From positions 6,710 through 70,709 of the forward strand of contig JAFZXI010000077.1 of assembly GCA_017616855.1 (NCBI GenBank): 64,000 nt of DNA, read 5' to 3'. Positions 46,752-56,474 of this stretch are shown here, piece after piece. The stretch's first letter is position 1, and each line of letters opens with the position of its first letter. Both the position numbers and the translations under genes were made by a program. The notes under the pieces are model-generated. The model was not told the DNA's origin. It did no database searches and saw only the letters and a list, made by a program, of their open reading frames with translations. This DNA comes from Clostridia bacterium (lineage in GTDB: Bacteria > Bacillota > Clostridia > Oscillospirales > RGIG8002).

Positions 46752-48863
46752 ATGAAAAAACTGCTTTCCGTTTTTCTTGCGCTTTGCCTGATGCTTCCGT
46801 TCGCTGCGGTCCTGCCCGCGAGCGCGGCGTCGTTCGTCGGGACCTTTTTCCCGAACGGCATAGCGAAGCCCGAGCGTCCCATTGCGTATTATACGTGGCA
46901 TAACGATATGGACAATCTCGATGACTGGTGGATGTGCGATTTCTACCTCTATCAGGTAACGCCGGAATCCGTCAATAATTTCCTTATGGAGGATCTTATT
47001 ATTGAGAGCAACGGCGGTAATTTGTCCGACGAATACGGTCTGTATTGGTGGAACTCGCTCGTGCAGATCGATATGCGCGTCGATAACGGTCAGTGGATGT
47101 CCGCCGGTGAAGATGGCGCGTGGGATCTCCCGGAGACGTATTCGAGATTGACGCTCGAAACGAGAATCGGCTATTCTTCAAGCAATCTCTTCTGGTTCGC
47201 CAATACCGATTTCGATCTTTATGATTTCCTGCAGCCCGGTATGGTAGTCGGCGGAACGCTCAATGATGATAACGAATATATCGAAAGAGCGTACTTCGAT
47301 TTCGATAATCACTCCATCTCCTTCCGCACGCGCTATGCCATAAACTACTTTGAAGCTAAAGACGAAGCCGAACCGCAGGTGATACTCAGTCCGTGGTCCG
47401 GCGTTACGACCGTAGGCAAAAACGGCAACAACGTCGTTCCCGAGCTCCCGGACGAGCTCGAAGCGCCGGTCATTTCCGATCTGCGCGAAGGCCCCGAGGA
47501 GGAATACAACGTTATTTTCCAATTTAACAACGAGCTTCCTTCAAGCATTTCCCGGACGGAGATTGCGTCCTATATCAGCGGATACGGCGATTTCGGCGGC
47601 TTTTATGCCCAAATGCGCATAAACAACGGCGACTGGTTTGACGTCGACGTTGTCAACGGCGCGTGGTACAGCTCCGGCGTTCGCGAGGTGTGGTTCTACA
47701 AGGACGAAGTGCCGTATAACCCCGGCGATAAGCTCGAACTGCGAGTCAAGATTTCCGGCAACAATTATTATGAAGAAGGCAGCCCGTGGTCGAACGTTAT
47801 CTCCATTGCGGGCGATCACGTCAAGCCGTATATATCGCTCTCCGGCAACAGCTGGGCGAAAAACGGCGACGACATCAACTGGACCTGGGAATCCAACGCT
47901 GTTCCGGAATCTCTCTCGCTTGAAGTCAGCGAGACCGGCGAGGAGGGCAGCTGGACTACTCTGAAATCCATCGGTCCCGACGCGGAATTTACCGTTGATT
48001 ACAAGTCCGAGTATAAAGACAGCGGCAGATACTTCCGCGTCAAGGGCGTATTCGAGGGCGACGAGGTCGTTTACAGCCAGGCTTACTGGACGGAATGGAG
48101 CAACTATCCGTACTTCACCGTTTATCCGCAGGGCGCGACCGTACCGAGCGGTCAGAGTTATACTGTAACCTGGGACGTCGACCGCGAACACGTTTCCGCC
48201 TGGCTCGAAGAATACGACACGGATGCGGAGGATTGGAGAACGGTTCGCGAAGACCTCCCGAAGAGCTTCACTCTCGACGGTAAGTACAATCAGGTCTGCG
48301 AATATCGCGTCTGGGTGTCTTTCGACGGCTATGAACCGATATACGAATATTTCGCCGTCAACTGGAGCGGCTACTACTTCACGGAGCAGCCGGTAGGCGA
48401 AGCGGTGCAGATCGGACACGATAACGGCACCGGATGGGAACTCTCGCATGATCCCGATTCTATCCAGATAATGCGTGAAGAAAACGAGGACTGGATGGTC
48501 GACGATGAGCTTACCGCGCTTGTCGATCCCAATATCAATAACGACAGCATTACCGTTCACAACGACGGCTGGGACGGTTCGCTTCACCTGAAGGTCGTCG
48601 CGTGGTACGGCGACACGGCCGTTGAGAGCGATGATTTCTACCTCGGCTGGTACTATATGAAGGGCGACTTTGACGACGATCAGCAGATCACCGTTGCGGA
48701 CGCGCTCCGCGCCCTCCGTATTGCCGCCAAGCTCGTTGCGGGGACAAACTCCGATATGAAGATAGGCGATATCGATCTCGATCAGCAGATTACCGTTGCG
48801 GACGCTCTGAAGATCCTCCGCGTCGCGGCGAAACTCGCGGATTACAACACCCTTATCGCGTAA
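46752..48863 (+). CDS. secreted multi-domain protein with C-terminal two-repeat dockerin
   Basis: Signal peptide (…AAVLPASAA), Trp-rich beta-sandwich-like repeats, and dockerin DFDDDQQITVADALRALRIAAKL…DIDLDQQITVADALKILRVAAKLA. Confidence 0.8.
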   Translation: MKKLLSVFLALCLMLPFAAVLPASAASFVGTFFPNGIAKPERPIAYYTWHNDMDNLDDWWMCDFYLYQVTPESVNNFLMEDLIIESNGGNLSDEYGLYWWNSLVQIDMRVDNGQWMSAGEDGAWDLPETYSRLTLETRIGYSSSNLFWFANTDFDLYDFLQPGMVVGGTLNDDNEYIERAYFDFDNHSISFRTRYAINYFEAKDEAEPQVILSPWSGVTTVGKNGNNVVPELPDELEAPVISDLREGPEEEYNVIFQFNNELPSSISRTEIASYISGYGDFGGFYAQMRINNGDWFDVDVVNGAWYSSGVREVWFYKDEVPYNPGDKLELRVKISGNNYYEEGSPWSNVISIAGDHVKPYISLSGNSWAKNGDDINWTWESNAVPESLSLEVSETGEEGSWTTLKSIGPDAEFTVDYKSEYKDSGRYFRVKGVFEGDEVVYSQAYWTEWSNYPYFTVYPQGATVPSGQSYTVTWDVDREHVSAWLEEYDTDAEDWRTVREDLPKSFTLDGKYNQVCEYRVWVSFDGYEPIYEYFAVNWSGYYFTEQPVGEAVQIGHDNGTGWELSHDPDSIQIMREENEDWMVDDELTALVDPNINNDSITVHNDGWDGSLHLKVVAWYGDTAVESDDFYLGWYYMKGDFDDDQQITVADALRALRIAAKLVAGTNSDMKIGDIDLDQQITVADALKILRVAAKLADYNTLIA

Positions 48864-48886
48864 TCCGAACCGCGGGATTTGATCAC

Positions 48887-48923
48887 AATCCGGCCGAAGG
48901 GGAAACCCCTCGGCCGGATTTTT
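48887..48923 (+). terminator. rho-independent terminator
   Basis: AATCCGGCCGAAGGGG-aaa-CCCCTCGGCCGGATT followed by TTT. Confidence 0.7.
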
Positions 48924-48938
48924 AGTATATATGCGCTC

Positions 48939-48967
48939 TTGACTTTGATGCGTCGCGCAGATATAAT
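48939..48967 (+). promoter_or_regulatory. sigma-A-type promoter for the GH92 gene
   Basis: TTGACT, 17 nt, then TATAAT. Confidence 0.55.
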
Positions 48968-49009
48968 TAATATGTGACATATGATCATTTATTGGTGTGA
49001 GGTAGGCAT

Positions 49010-52000
49010 ATGAGATTATTCAGAAAGGCCATTGCGTTTATGCTTACACTCTGCCTTGCGGGCGGAGTGTTTACCGTTATTCCTTCGCTGCTTTCCAATG
49101 CCGAGGAGATTGATGAATATACCGCGTTATATACTTCTTTCGACGACGGAGCCGTCGCCGGGGAAAACTATTTCGGCATTCCGATGCGCGGATACTACGA
49201 CGAATCGCGCGCTATGAACGTTTATACTTCAACGACTAACGACTGGCTTATGTCGATGGTCAAAACGGCGGCAGCCAATCAGCCGACCGTTGAATCGCGC
49301 GGTCCTGAAAAACTGATAGACGGCGTCGCGTCTACGAGCTATTCAACAAACACTGATTTTCCGGTCGTTATAACATATACAATGCGCGAACCTGTCAAAG
49401 CTGTCGTTTATTCGATTACCTCGACGAACAATTACAATACCAACGCGCCTATGGACTGGAGCTTTGAGGCCTCCGCCGACGGCGAAGAGTGGACAGAACT
49501 TCATTCTATAAAAGGCGTTGAGTTTGCCAAGCGCTCGCAGACGAAGAAGTATTCGTTTGACAATGAGGAATACTATAAGTTCTATCGCATGGTTATAACG
49601 AAAAAAGCCGGCGGTGAAACCTCCGGTATAGTCCAGTTTTCCGATTTCATCATTCGCGAGAACGCCGGAGCGAACAATCTCAACACAGGCGCGCTGCTTG
49701 CCGAAATCGTCGAGGGCGGTCCGGCAAACACTTTTGTCGACACGGGAAGTAAGCCGTGGAACGGCGAGCACTGTATGCGTGTTACCGGCAAACACTCCGG
49801 CACCGGCAGGGGATATTCCAACGCGTATATTTTTGATCACCTGATGATTCCCGTCACTGAAAACACCTATTTCAGTTATAATATCCTTCCCGATTTCGAG
49901 GATATTCCCGATGCGTCACCTGCAGACAACTACGATTATGAATACACGAGTCAGTACGTTGCGCTCGATTTGCGTTTTACTGACGGCACCTACTTAAGCG
50001 ACCTCGGCGCCGTCGATCAGAACTATCACGGCATTTCCGCACGTGCTCAGGGTGAAACGAAGGCGCTGTATGCGCGCAACTGGAATATGATCGAAGTTCG
50101 CGTCGGCGACTGGGCGGCGGGCAAAACCATCGACAAGGTCGTTGTCGTCTATGACAAGCCCGCAAACGGAAGCGAAAGCGGCGCGAATGTACTGACCTAT
50201 ATCGACGACGTCAAAATCTGCGACCGCGCTCCGCTCGTATGCGACAGTCTCGTGGATTATACCGACCCGCGCCGCGGAAGCAACGATGGCGCCGCGCAGA
50301 CGAACCGCGGCCTGACTTATCCGGCGGTTTGCGTGCCGCACGCTTTCAATCTCTGGACGCCGTCAACTAGCGACGGGCACAGGCAGCTTTACAGATACCA
50401 TCCCTCTAACGTTATTCAGCATTTCATGATAACTCACCAGGCGAGTTTCCATTTGTTTGACTACGCCGCGTTCATGTTTATGCCGAACACTTCAATCAAG
50501 GATCCGACGAGGGGCGGGCTCAACTGCGCGTCGAGAAAATGCGATTTCGACCGCAATAACGAGATCTGCCACGCGAATTACTACTCCGTCGTGCTTGCGG
50601 AAGGATCGCCCGCGAGCGGCGTACGCGTCGAGATCGCGCCGACGGACCACGCGGGCATCGTGCGCTTCACATATCCCGAAAACAGCGCGAACGTAAATGT
50701 TATTCTCGACTCCGTATGCTCGTATATCGGTCGCGCCGGAATGGATGCGTCCTGGTCAATGAGCTTTTCCGACGACGGCGGGAGCTTCAGCGCGGTAATC
50801 GACTACGGATCAAACGAACTTGATACTTATTATCCGCGCATGTATCTTTACGGCTCCTTCGATCAGCTCCCGACGAGCAGCGTCGTTACGGATATTGCGG
50901 GACGAGACATCGGCGCCGCCGTGTTTGAGAAGGGGACGACCGAGGTCGTCATGCGCCTCGCGACTTCGTATATGAGCGTCGCTCAGGCGGAGAAAAACCT
51001 GCGCCTTGAAATCGCCGATACCGACACTCTTGAGGACGTAAAAGACAGAGCCGCGGCGCTCTGGAATGACATTCTCGGCGTTATCGAAGCCGAAGACATG
51101 AATGAGGAAGAGACCGTCGCGCTGTATTCAAATCTTTACAGACTCAACGTTTTCCCGACAAATATGAGCGAGAATACCGGCACAGCCGACGCGCCGCATA
51201 TCGCGCATCTCGATCTTTATCACAGTACGTTTACGAATCCCGTAATCAAAGACGGTCCGCTTTACACCACCAACGGATTCTGGGATACCTACCGCACCGC
51301 ATGGGCGGCTTACGCGCTGCTCACTCCGGAGCTCGACGGTGAGATGCTTGACGGTCTGTTGGCGCATTATAACGACGTAGGTTGGGTGGGACGCTGGCTC
51401 AATCCCGGCGGCGTAAATGCGATGGCGGGCACCAGTTCCGACGTCGTTTTCGGCGACGCGGCGGTGAAGGGTATAGAGTTCGATAAAGAAACCGCGCTGC
51501 TTTCTGCGCTCCGCAACGCGTCGACTCCGGCATCCGGCAACTTCGGCCGTCCGAACGTGACCGTTAATCCGTTTGCCGGTGTGGATAACTACGGTAACCT
51601 TTGCTGGCATCTCGAAAGCGCCGTCAACGATTACGGAATCGCACAACTCGCGAAATCGCTCGGTTACGAAGCTGAATATGATTATTATCTCGACCGCGCG
51701 AAGGATTATATGAACGATTTTGATGAAGAACTCGATTTCTTTGTCAAATACAGGTACGGCGCGTTTGTTTATAATTCCGAGAATTACAATCCTTACGACT
51801 GGTCACAGGGTTATATCGAGACCAACGGCTGGGGCACGGCTTTCTCCGTGACTCAGGACGCTAACGGGCTTGCGCGGCTTTACGGCGGCAAGGAAGCGCT
51901 CGCCGCGAAACTCGAGCAGCTGTTGAACGCTTCCAACAGATGGGAGCAGGGCACTTACGACTGGCAGTATGAAATGTATGAGGCGCGCGAGGTGCGTATG

Positions 52001-53086
52001 GGACAGTATCAGCACAGCAATCAGCCCTCGCACCATATCCTTTATATGTTCACTTACGCGGATCAGCCATACAGAACGCAGGCGCTTACACGCGAGGCGC
52101 TCGGGCGGTTGTTCGTCGGCAACCGCTTCGGCCAGGGCTACATAGGCGACGAAGACAACGGAGAGATGTCGGCATGGTATATCCTGAGCGCGCTGGGATT
52201 CTATCCTCTCAATATGGGCTCGGGCGAATACGCGATCACTTCGCCGCTATATAAAAAATACACTCTGCATTTGCCGACCGGCGACCTCGTCGTTACGGCG
52301 GAGAATAACAGCCCCGAGAACGTTTATATCCAGTCGATGACGATCGACGGAGTGCCTTATTACGATTGCTTCATTTCGCACGCCGAGTTGTTGAAAGCGA
52401 AGAAAATAACCTTCGTTATGGGCAATACGCCTTCCGACTGGGGCGTCGGCAGCGACGGCGCTTCCGTAACGGGGAAGCGCGAGAAACTGAATACCGCCGA
52501 GGATTTCTCCAAGGAAGCTGGCAAGACCTATTCCGGCATAACTTCGGGCGCGAGCATGTTTATCGACAGTTCCTCGACGCCCGCGGGCGTCAACGGCAAC
52601 GGAACGGTGGATTTCGAATTCGCGGAGCCGAAGAAGGTCGAGATGATAACCGTCACGTCGGGAAGAACGCAGAACATAAGTATCGGCATAAAGCTTTACG
52701 GCTCCGCAACGGGCGAAGAGGGCAGTTACGCCGAACTGATCAACGAGCAGAACGTAAACTATCAATGGACGCAGTACGTCAGACCTTTCAAGGTCGCCGA
52801 GCCCGCGGAGTACAAATACTACCGCCTTGAGTTCTCCGGCAGCGGCAGCTTCCAGATAGGCGAAGTTGAACTGCTCGGTAACTTCCACGAATATGAAGAA
52901 ATCGTTGCGGGCGATATCGACGCTGACGGCGACGCCACGGTTATAGACGCGCTGTCCGCGCTGCGTATTTCGCTGGGACTTCGTCCGGTGCGCGACGCGG
53001 TCGAGGTTGCCGATATGGATGCCGACGGCGCTATTACCGTCAGCGATGTGCTGCTCATAATGAAAAAGGCCGCGAGACTGATATAA
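49010..53086 (+). CDS. secreted GH92-family alpha-mannosidase-like enzyme with F5/8-type-C (CBM32-like) modules and C-terminal dockerin
   Basis: Signal peptide. GH92-typical blocks (…NGFWDTYRT…, …HSNQPSHH…, …GDEDNGEMSAWY…). Discoidin-like segments sit near the N-terminus and before the dockerin. The dockerin reads DIDADGDATVIDAL…DMDADGAITVSDVLLIMKKAARLI. Confidence 0.85.
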   Translation: MRLFRKAIAFMLTLCLAGGVFTVIPSLLSNAEEIDEYTALYTSFDDGAVAGENYFGIPMRGYYDESRAMNVYTSTTNDWLMSMVKTAAANQPTVESRGPEKLIDGVASTSYSTNTDFPVVITYTMREPVKAVVYSITSTNNYNTNAPMDWSFEASADGEEWTELHSIKGVEFAKRSQTKKYSFDNEEYYKFYRMVITKKAGGETSGIVQFSDFIIRENAGANNLNTGALLAEIVEGGPANTFVDTGSKPWNGEHCMRVTGKHSGTGRGYSNAYIFDHLMIPVTENTYFSYNILPDFEDIPDASPADNYDYEYTSQYVALDLRFTDGTYLSDLGAVDQNYHGISARAQGETKALYARNWNMIEVRVGDWAAGKTIDKVVVVYDKPANGSESGANVLTYIDDVKICDRAPLVCDSLVDYTDPRRGSNDGAAQTNRGLTYPAVCVPHAFNLWTPSTSDGHRQLYRYHPSNVIQHFMITHQASFHLFDYAAFMFMPNTSIKDPTRGGLNCASRKCDFDRNNEICHANYYSVVLAEGSPASGVRVEIAPTDHAGIVRFTYPENSANVNVILDSVCSYIGRAGMDASWSMSFSDDGGSFSAVIDYGSNELDTYYPRMYLYGSFDQLPTSSVVTDIAGRDIGAAVFEKGTTEVVMRLATSYMSVAQAEKNLRLEIADTDTLEDVKDRAAALWNDILGVIEAEDMNEEETVALYSNLYRLNVFPTNMSENTGTADAPHIAHLDLYHSTFTNPVIKDGPLYTTNGFWDTYRTAWAAYALLTPELDGEMLDGLLAHYNDVGWVGRWLNPGGVNAMAGTSSDVVFGDAAVKGIEFDKETALLSALRNASTPASGNFGRPNVTVNPFAGVDNYGNLCWHLESAVNDYGIAQLAKSLGYEAEYDYYLDRAKDYMNDFDEELDFFVKYRYGAFVYNSENYNPYDWSQGYIETNGWGTAFSVTQDANGLARLYGGKEALAAKLEQLLNASNRWEQGTYDWQYEMYEAREVRMGQYQHSNQPSHHILYMFTYADQPYRTQALTREALGRLFVGNRFGQGYIGDEDNGEMSAWYILSALGFYPLNMGSGEYAITSPLYKKYTLHLPTGDLVVTAENNSPENVYIQSMTIDGVPYYDCFISHAELLKAKKITFVMGNTPSDWGVGSDGASVTGKREKLNTAEDFSKEAGKTYSGITSGASMFIDSSSTPAGVNGNGTVDFEFAEPKKVEMITVTSGRTQNISIGIKLYGSATGEEGSYAELINEQNVNYQWTQYVRPFKVAEPAEYKYYRLEFSGSGSFQIGEVELLGNFHEYEEIVAGDIDADGDATVIDALSALRISLGLRPVRDAVEVADMDADGAITVSDVLLIMKKAARLI

Positions 53087-53100
53087 GCTTGCGAGAACAG

Positions 53101-53142
53101 AAAACACCGCCCGTCTGCAGTTGCAGGCGGGCGGTGTTTTTT
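53101..53142. terminator. bidirectional rho-independent terminator
   Basis: AAAACACCGCCCG…CGGGCGGTGTTTT long stem between the convergent GH92 and GH78 genes. Confidence 0.75.
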
Positions 53143-53152
53143 AGGTTGTTTA

Positions 53153-55600
53153 TTATGCTTTGAAGTTGTATCTGCCGGAGTCGATTTCGTGCGTTTTGCC
53201 GCCGAAAACGACGGTTCCCGTTACGTTCGGCGGGAGCGTGACCTCGAGCGTCGTTCCGTCCCGCGTCTTTTCCCATTTTGCGGCGACCTCTCCGAAAGGA
53301 GTGCCAACGGTTGCGGCTGTATTATCCATATCATTCCGGATGAACGGCTCAATCCGCACTTTTTTATATCCCGGCAATTCCGGCGAAATGCCTGCTAACC
53401 GCTTGACGAGCCACAGTGCCGGCGCACTGCCGAGGAAGGCGTGGTTCTGCGATCCGCCGCCGTTGAAATGCTCGGGGAAGGCGGTTGCTCCGCATTCGTT
53501 GATAAGATAAAGCCAGCCGCCCTTGTTTCTGTTTTTGAGCAATCTCATGGCGACGTCGCTTCTGCCGTTTTGCGAGAGGGCTTCGAGCAGGCACGCTGTT
53601 CCCATAAAGCCGCAGGTGGATGTGTGCTTGTGCTCGATATCGCTGACGAGGCTCGCGGTTACGGCGGTTCGCAGTTCGTCGGGACATATGCCGAAATAAA
53701 GAGCGTGAGCGTTTGCGCTCTGACTGTTATTGTCGTAGTATACGCAGTTTGCGTCTGATTTTAAGTATTTACCGTTAAGCGAACTGCGTATGGAGGCGGC
53801 AAGCGCGGCGAAACTTTCCGCGTCTTTGTCTCCGGCGGCGTCGCATAGTTTTGCGAGAAGGTACGCGCATCTGAAGAAGTATGCCGTTGCGAGGAAACGT
53901 GGACTTGCGGGTTCCGCCGCTATCCAGTCCTTATAACTCAAATAACGCTCCGATATCGTGAAGTCGTCGTCGCATATTTCTTCAAGCAGCGAAACCCATG
54001 ATTTCATCATCGGGAGAAAGCGCCTGATGAGCCGTTCGTCTCCGTATTGGTTGTAAAGCGTGAACGGTATAATCACTGCCGCAGCAGGCCAGTTTACGTC
54101 GATGCAATCGTCGGTTGAAAGCGGAAGCTCAACAGGTATCCAGCCGTTCCCGCGCTGAGAGTCGCGCATGCTTTCGAGCCATTGAGTGTAGAAGTTGCGA
54201 ACGTCAAAGTTTACGCATTCGGCTTCGCAGACTGCGTAAGCGTCGGCGGTCCAGCCGCGGCGTTCTCTTTCGGGGCAGTCCGTGGGAATGTTTATGAGAT
54301 TTGAAAGAAAGCTTCTTCGCGCGGTTTCGTATATTGCGTTGATCTCCTCGTCGGAGCAGGCGAAACGCGAGGCGTATTCGACGTCGGAACATATGCGGTG
54401 AGCCGTCAGCTCCGGCGTGTCGTCACAGCCGTGAATCACAACGTATCGAAAGCCGGTATACATGAACAGGGGAGTGTATTCTTCAATCCCGTCTGAAGCG
54501 AAAGTGTATCTGTTATATGCGCCGCGCCATGAGTCGAAGACGGGCGCTCCGTCCTCGAGCTTCTCAGAGTATCGTATTTCGACGGTTTTGCCGACTTTTC
54601 CTTTTATACGCAAACTGACGAATCCGGCAAGATTTGTGCCGAAATCGGCGATATAAGCATCGTTACGGGCGGTGATGCTTATCGGTTTGAGGCAGCTTGC
54701 GATTCTCACCGGAGAGGTATGCTGCCGCAAAAACAGCGGCGCGAGGTCGATTATAGGATTATTTTCTCCTGCGAACTCCCAGTCGGAATCGTCGAAGCCG
54801 GCTTCCGCCCAGCCCTCGAGCGCGCTGCGCGCGTCGTATTCTTCGTATTTGCCGTGCTGCATGCTTTCGCCGTAGCCGAGTGAATAACCGCCGCCGGTTT
54901 TCGTTTTCCATTCTTCACGGCGGCAGTCAACGTAAATCTCCGCGCCGTCGGTATACTTGATTTTGATAATTACAGACGAGGTGTTTGCGAGCATCAGCCC
55001 GATGGCGTTTTGCCCTTCCTTGAGCATATCCTTCACGTCGCGGCAAACGTATTGCGCGGTAAAGTATTCAGACGCGCCCGGGAAACAAACGAAACCATCC
55101 ACGCGCTTTCCGTTTATGAACGGCACGCATGAGTTGCCTTTGTCGCCGAACGCGCCGATAAACGCGTATGCGTAGCGTATTGTGTCTTTATTTTTTAGTG
55201 TGAATTCGTGCCTGTAAAAATGGACGCTCCCGTAATGCCAGATGCGCAGCCAGTCGCCGCGCCATTGGTGCGCTTTGAAAAAACCGGTGACAAACTTTGC
55301 GGTCACCGGCCGGGAAGGCGAGTCGGTTTCATCCCAAACCATAACCGTAAACGTGTATTCGCTCATCGGCGTCAGTTTGTTCTCGGGTTCAATTTCGATT
55401 CCAAACTGCCGGTCCGAAATCACTTTTCCGGAATCCCAGACGGTTTCGCCGTTTTCTCCGAAAACAGATATGCGATATGCGGTCTGGCGCGCGCCGTTAG
55501 TATCGGAGGCAAGCTTCCAGCCGATTACGGGATTCAGCTCATCGATGCCGAGCGCATTTTCTTGATATTCACATGTCGGCGAGTGGATAGTCAGCGGCAT
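53153..55600 (-). CDS. GH78-family alpha-L-rhamnosidase (no signal peptide)
   Basis: Characteristic N-terminus (…CEYQENALGIDELNPVIGWKL…RQTAYRISVFGENGETVWDSGKVISD…MVWD…) and a six-hairpin catalytic region. Confidence 0.85.
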   Translation of the reverse strand: MPLTIHSPTCEYQENALGIDELNPVIGWKLASDTNGARQTAYRISVFGENGETVWDSGKVISDRQFGIEIEPENKLTPMSEYTFTVMVWDETDSPSRPVTAKFVTGFFKAHQWRGDWLRIWHYGSVHFYRHEFTLKNKDTIRYAYAFIGAFGDKGNSCVPFINGKRVDGFVCFPGASEYFTAQYVCRDVKDMLKEGQNAIGLMLANTSSVIIKIKYTDGAEIYVDCRREEWKTKTGGGYSLGYGESMQHGKYEEYDARSALEGWAEAGFDDSDWEFAGENNPIIDLAPLFLRQHTSPVRIASCLKPISITARNDAYIADFGTNLAGFVSLRIKGKVGKTVEIRYSEKLEDGAPVFDSWRGAYNRYTFASDGIEEYTPLFMYTGFRYVVIHGCDDTPELTAHRICSDVEYASRFACSDEEINAIYETARRSFLSNLINIPTDCPERERRGWTADAYAVCEAECVNFDVRNFYTQWLESMRDSQRGNGWIPVELPLSTDDCIDVNWPAAAVIIPFTLYNQYGDERLIRRFLPMMKSWVSLLEEICDDDFTISERYLSYKDWIAAEPASPRFLATAYFFRCAYLLAKLCDAAGDKDAESFAALAASIRSSLNGKYLKSDANCVYYDNNSQSANAHALYFGICPDELRTAVTASLVSDIEHKHTSTCGFMGTACLLEALSQNGRSDVAMRLLKNRNKGGWLYLINECGATAFPEHFNGGGSQNHAFLGSAPALWLVKRLAGISPELPGYKKVRIEPFIRNDMDNTAATVGTPFGEVAAKWEKTRDGTTLEVTLPPNVTGTVVFGGKTHEIDSGRYNFKA

Positions 55601-55658
55601 AGCGCACCTCTCTTAGAAGAAACCGGAGACCGCGGCATTATCGCAATCTCCGGATTTA

Positions 55659-56474
55659 TTATTTCTTTTCGCTCTTGATGTACATTGATCCGACAATTGA
55701 ATTGACAAAGCCGGTGGGCAGGAGTTTGTTGAGAACCGCGAAGACTTTGTATTTGCCTCCTGCGACAGTCAGCGGTTTCGGACGCTTCTTTTCAGCAAGC
55801 TTGACGATGATTTTAGCGACCTTTTCCGGCGGCATGCCGTTGATTTCGTCCTTTTCCATAACGGCGACAGACGCCTTGACCGTATCAGAGTAAATGGTCT
55901 TTTCGCCGTCGTTTTTAATGCGGGCCGCCGTGAACCCTGTGCGAACGTCGCCGGGCATTACCGCGCTTACGCGGACGCCGAAGGGTTTGAGTTCGCTGCG
56001 CATCGCGAGCGTAAGCGAGTTGATTGCTGATTTGGAGGCGGAATAAAACGCCTGATAAGGAATCGAAAAGATTGCCGCCGCAGAGCTGACGTTAACTATC
56101 GCGCCCTTTGTTTCGCGAAGCAGGGGAGCCGCGTGCTTTGCGCAGACGAACTGCCCGAAGAAGTTGACGTCGAATTGGCGCTTTGCGTCTTCCGTATCGG
56201 TCAATTCGGTGGCTCCGGAAATGCCGAAACCGGCGTTATTGACGAGCGCGTCCAGTCGTCCGGACTCTTCCTTAATGCGCGAAAACGCGGCAATAACGGT
56301 GCTTTCGTCGGTAACGTCGGTCGCGATGTGCGCGATACGCTCATCCTTAGGGGCGGTACGGCTCAGACAGTAGACCTTGCAGCCGCGTGAAAGGAACATT
56401 TCCGCGGCGGCGAGCCCTATTCCGCTTGAAGCGCCGGTTATCGCGACGACTTTTTCGTTAAGCATTCTCTTCAA
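55659..56474 (-). CDS. classical short-chain dehydrogenase/reductase
   Basis: TGASSGIG cofactor motif, NNAG and YSASK catalytic motifs. Overlaps the upstream alpha-oxoamine synthase gene (translational coupling). Confidence 0.85.
   Translation of the reverse strand: MKRMLNEKVVAITGASSGIGLAAAEMFLSRGCKVYCLSRTAPKDERIAHIATDVTDESTVIAAFSRIKEESGRLDALVNNAGFGISGATELTDTEDAKRQFDVNFFGQFVCAKHAAPLLRETKGAIVNVSSAAAIFSIPYQAFYSASKSAINSLTLAMRSELKPFGVRVSAVMPGDVRTGFTAARIKNDGEKTIYSDTVKASVAVMEKDEINGMPPEKVAKIIVKLAEKKRPKPLTVAGGKYKVFAVLNKLLPTGFVNSIVGSMYIKSEKK

Noticed and set aside
6109-48980. Other long antisense ORFs: 6109..7275+, 8289..9155-, 21744..22952+, 23003..23674+, 27796..28572-, 32218..33279+, 34176..35231+, 37610..38329+, 47541..48980-, 59836..60552-, 62410..63306-.
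   Set aside because: Each is nested opposite a gene with strong family signatures and lacks an RBS or motifs. I treat them all as GC-bias artefacts.
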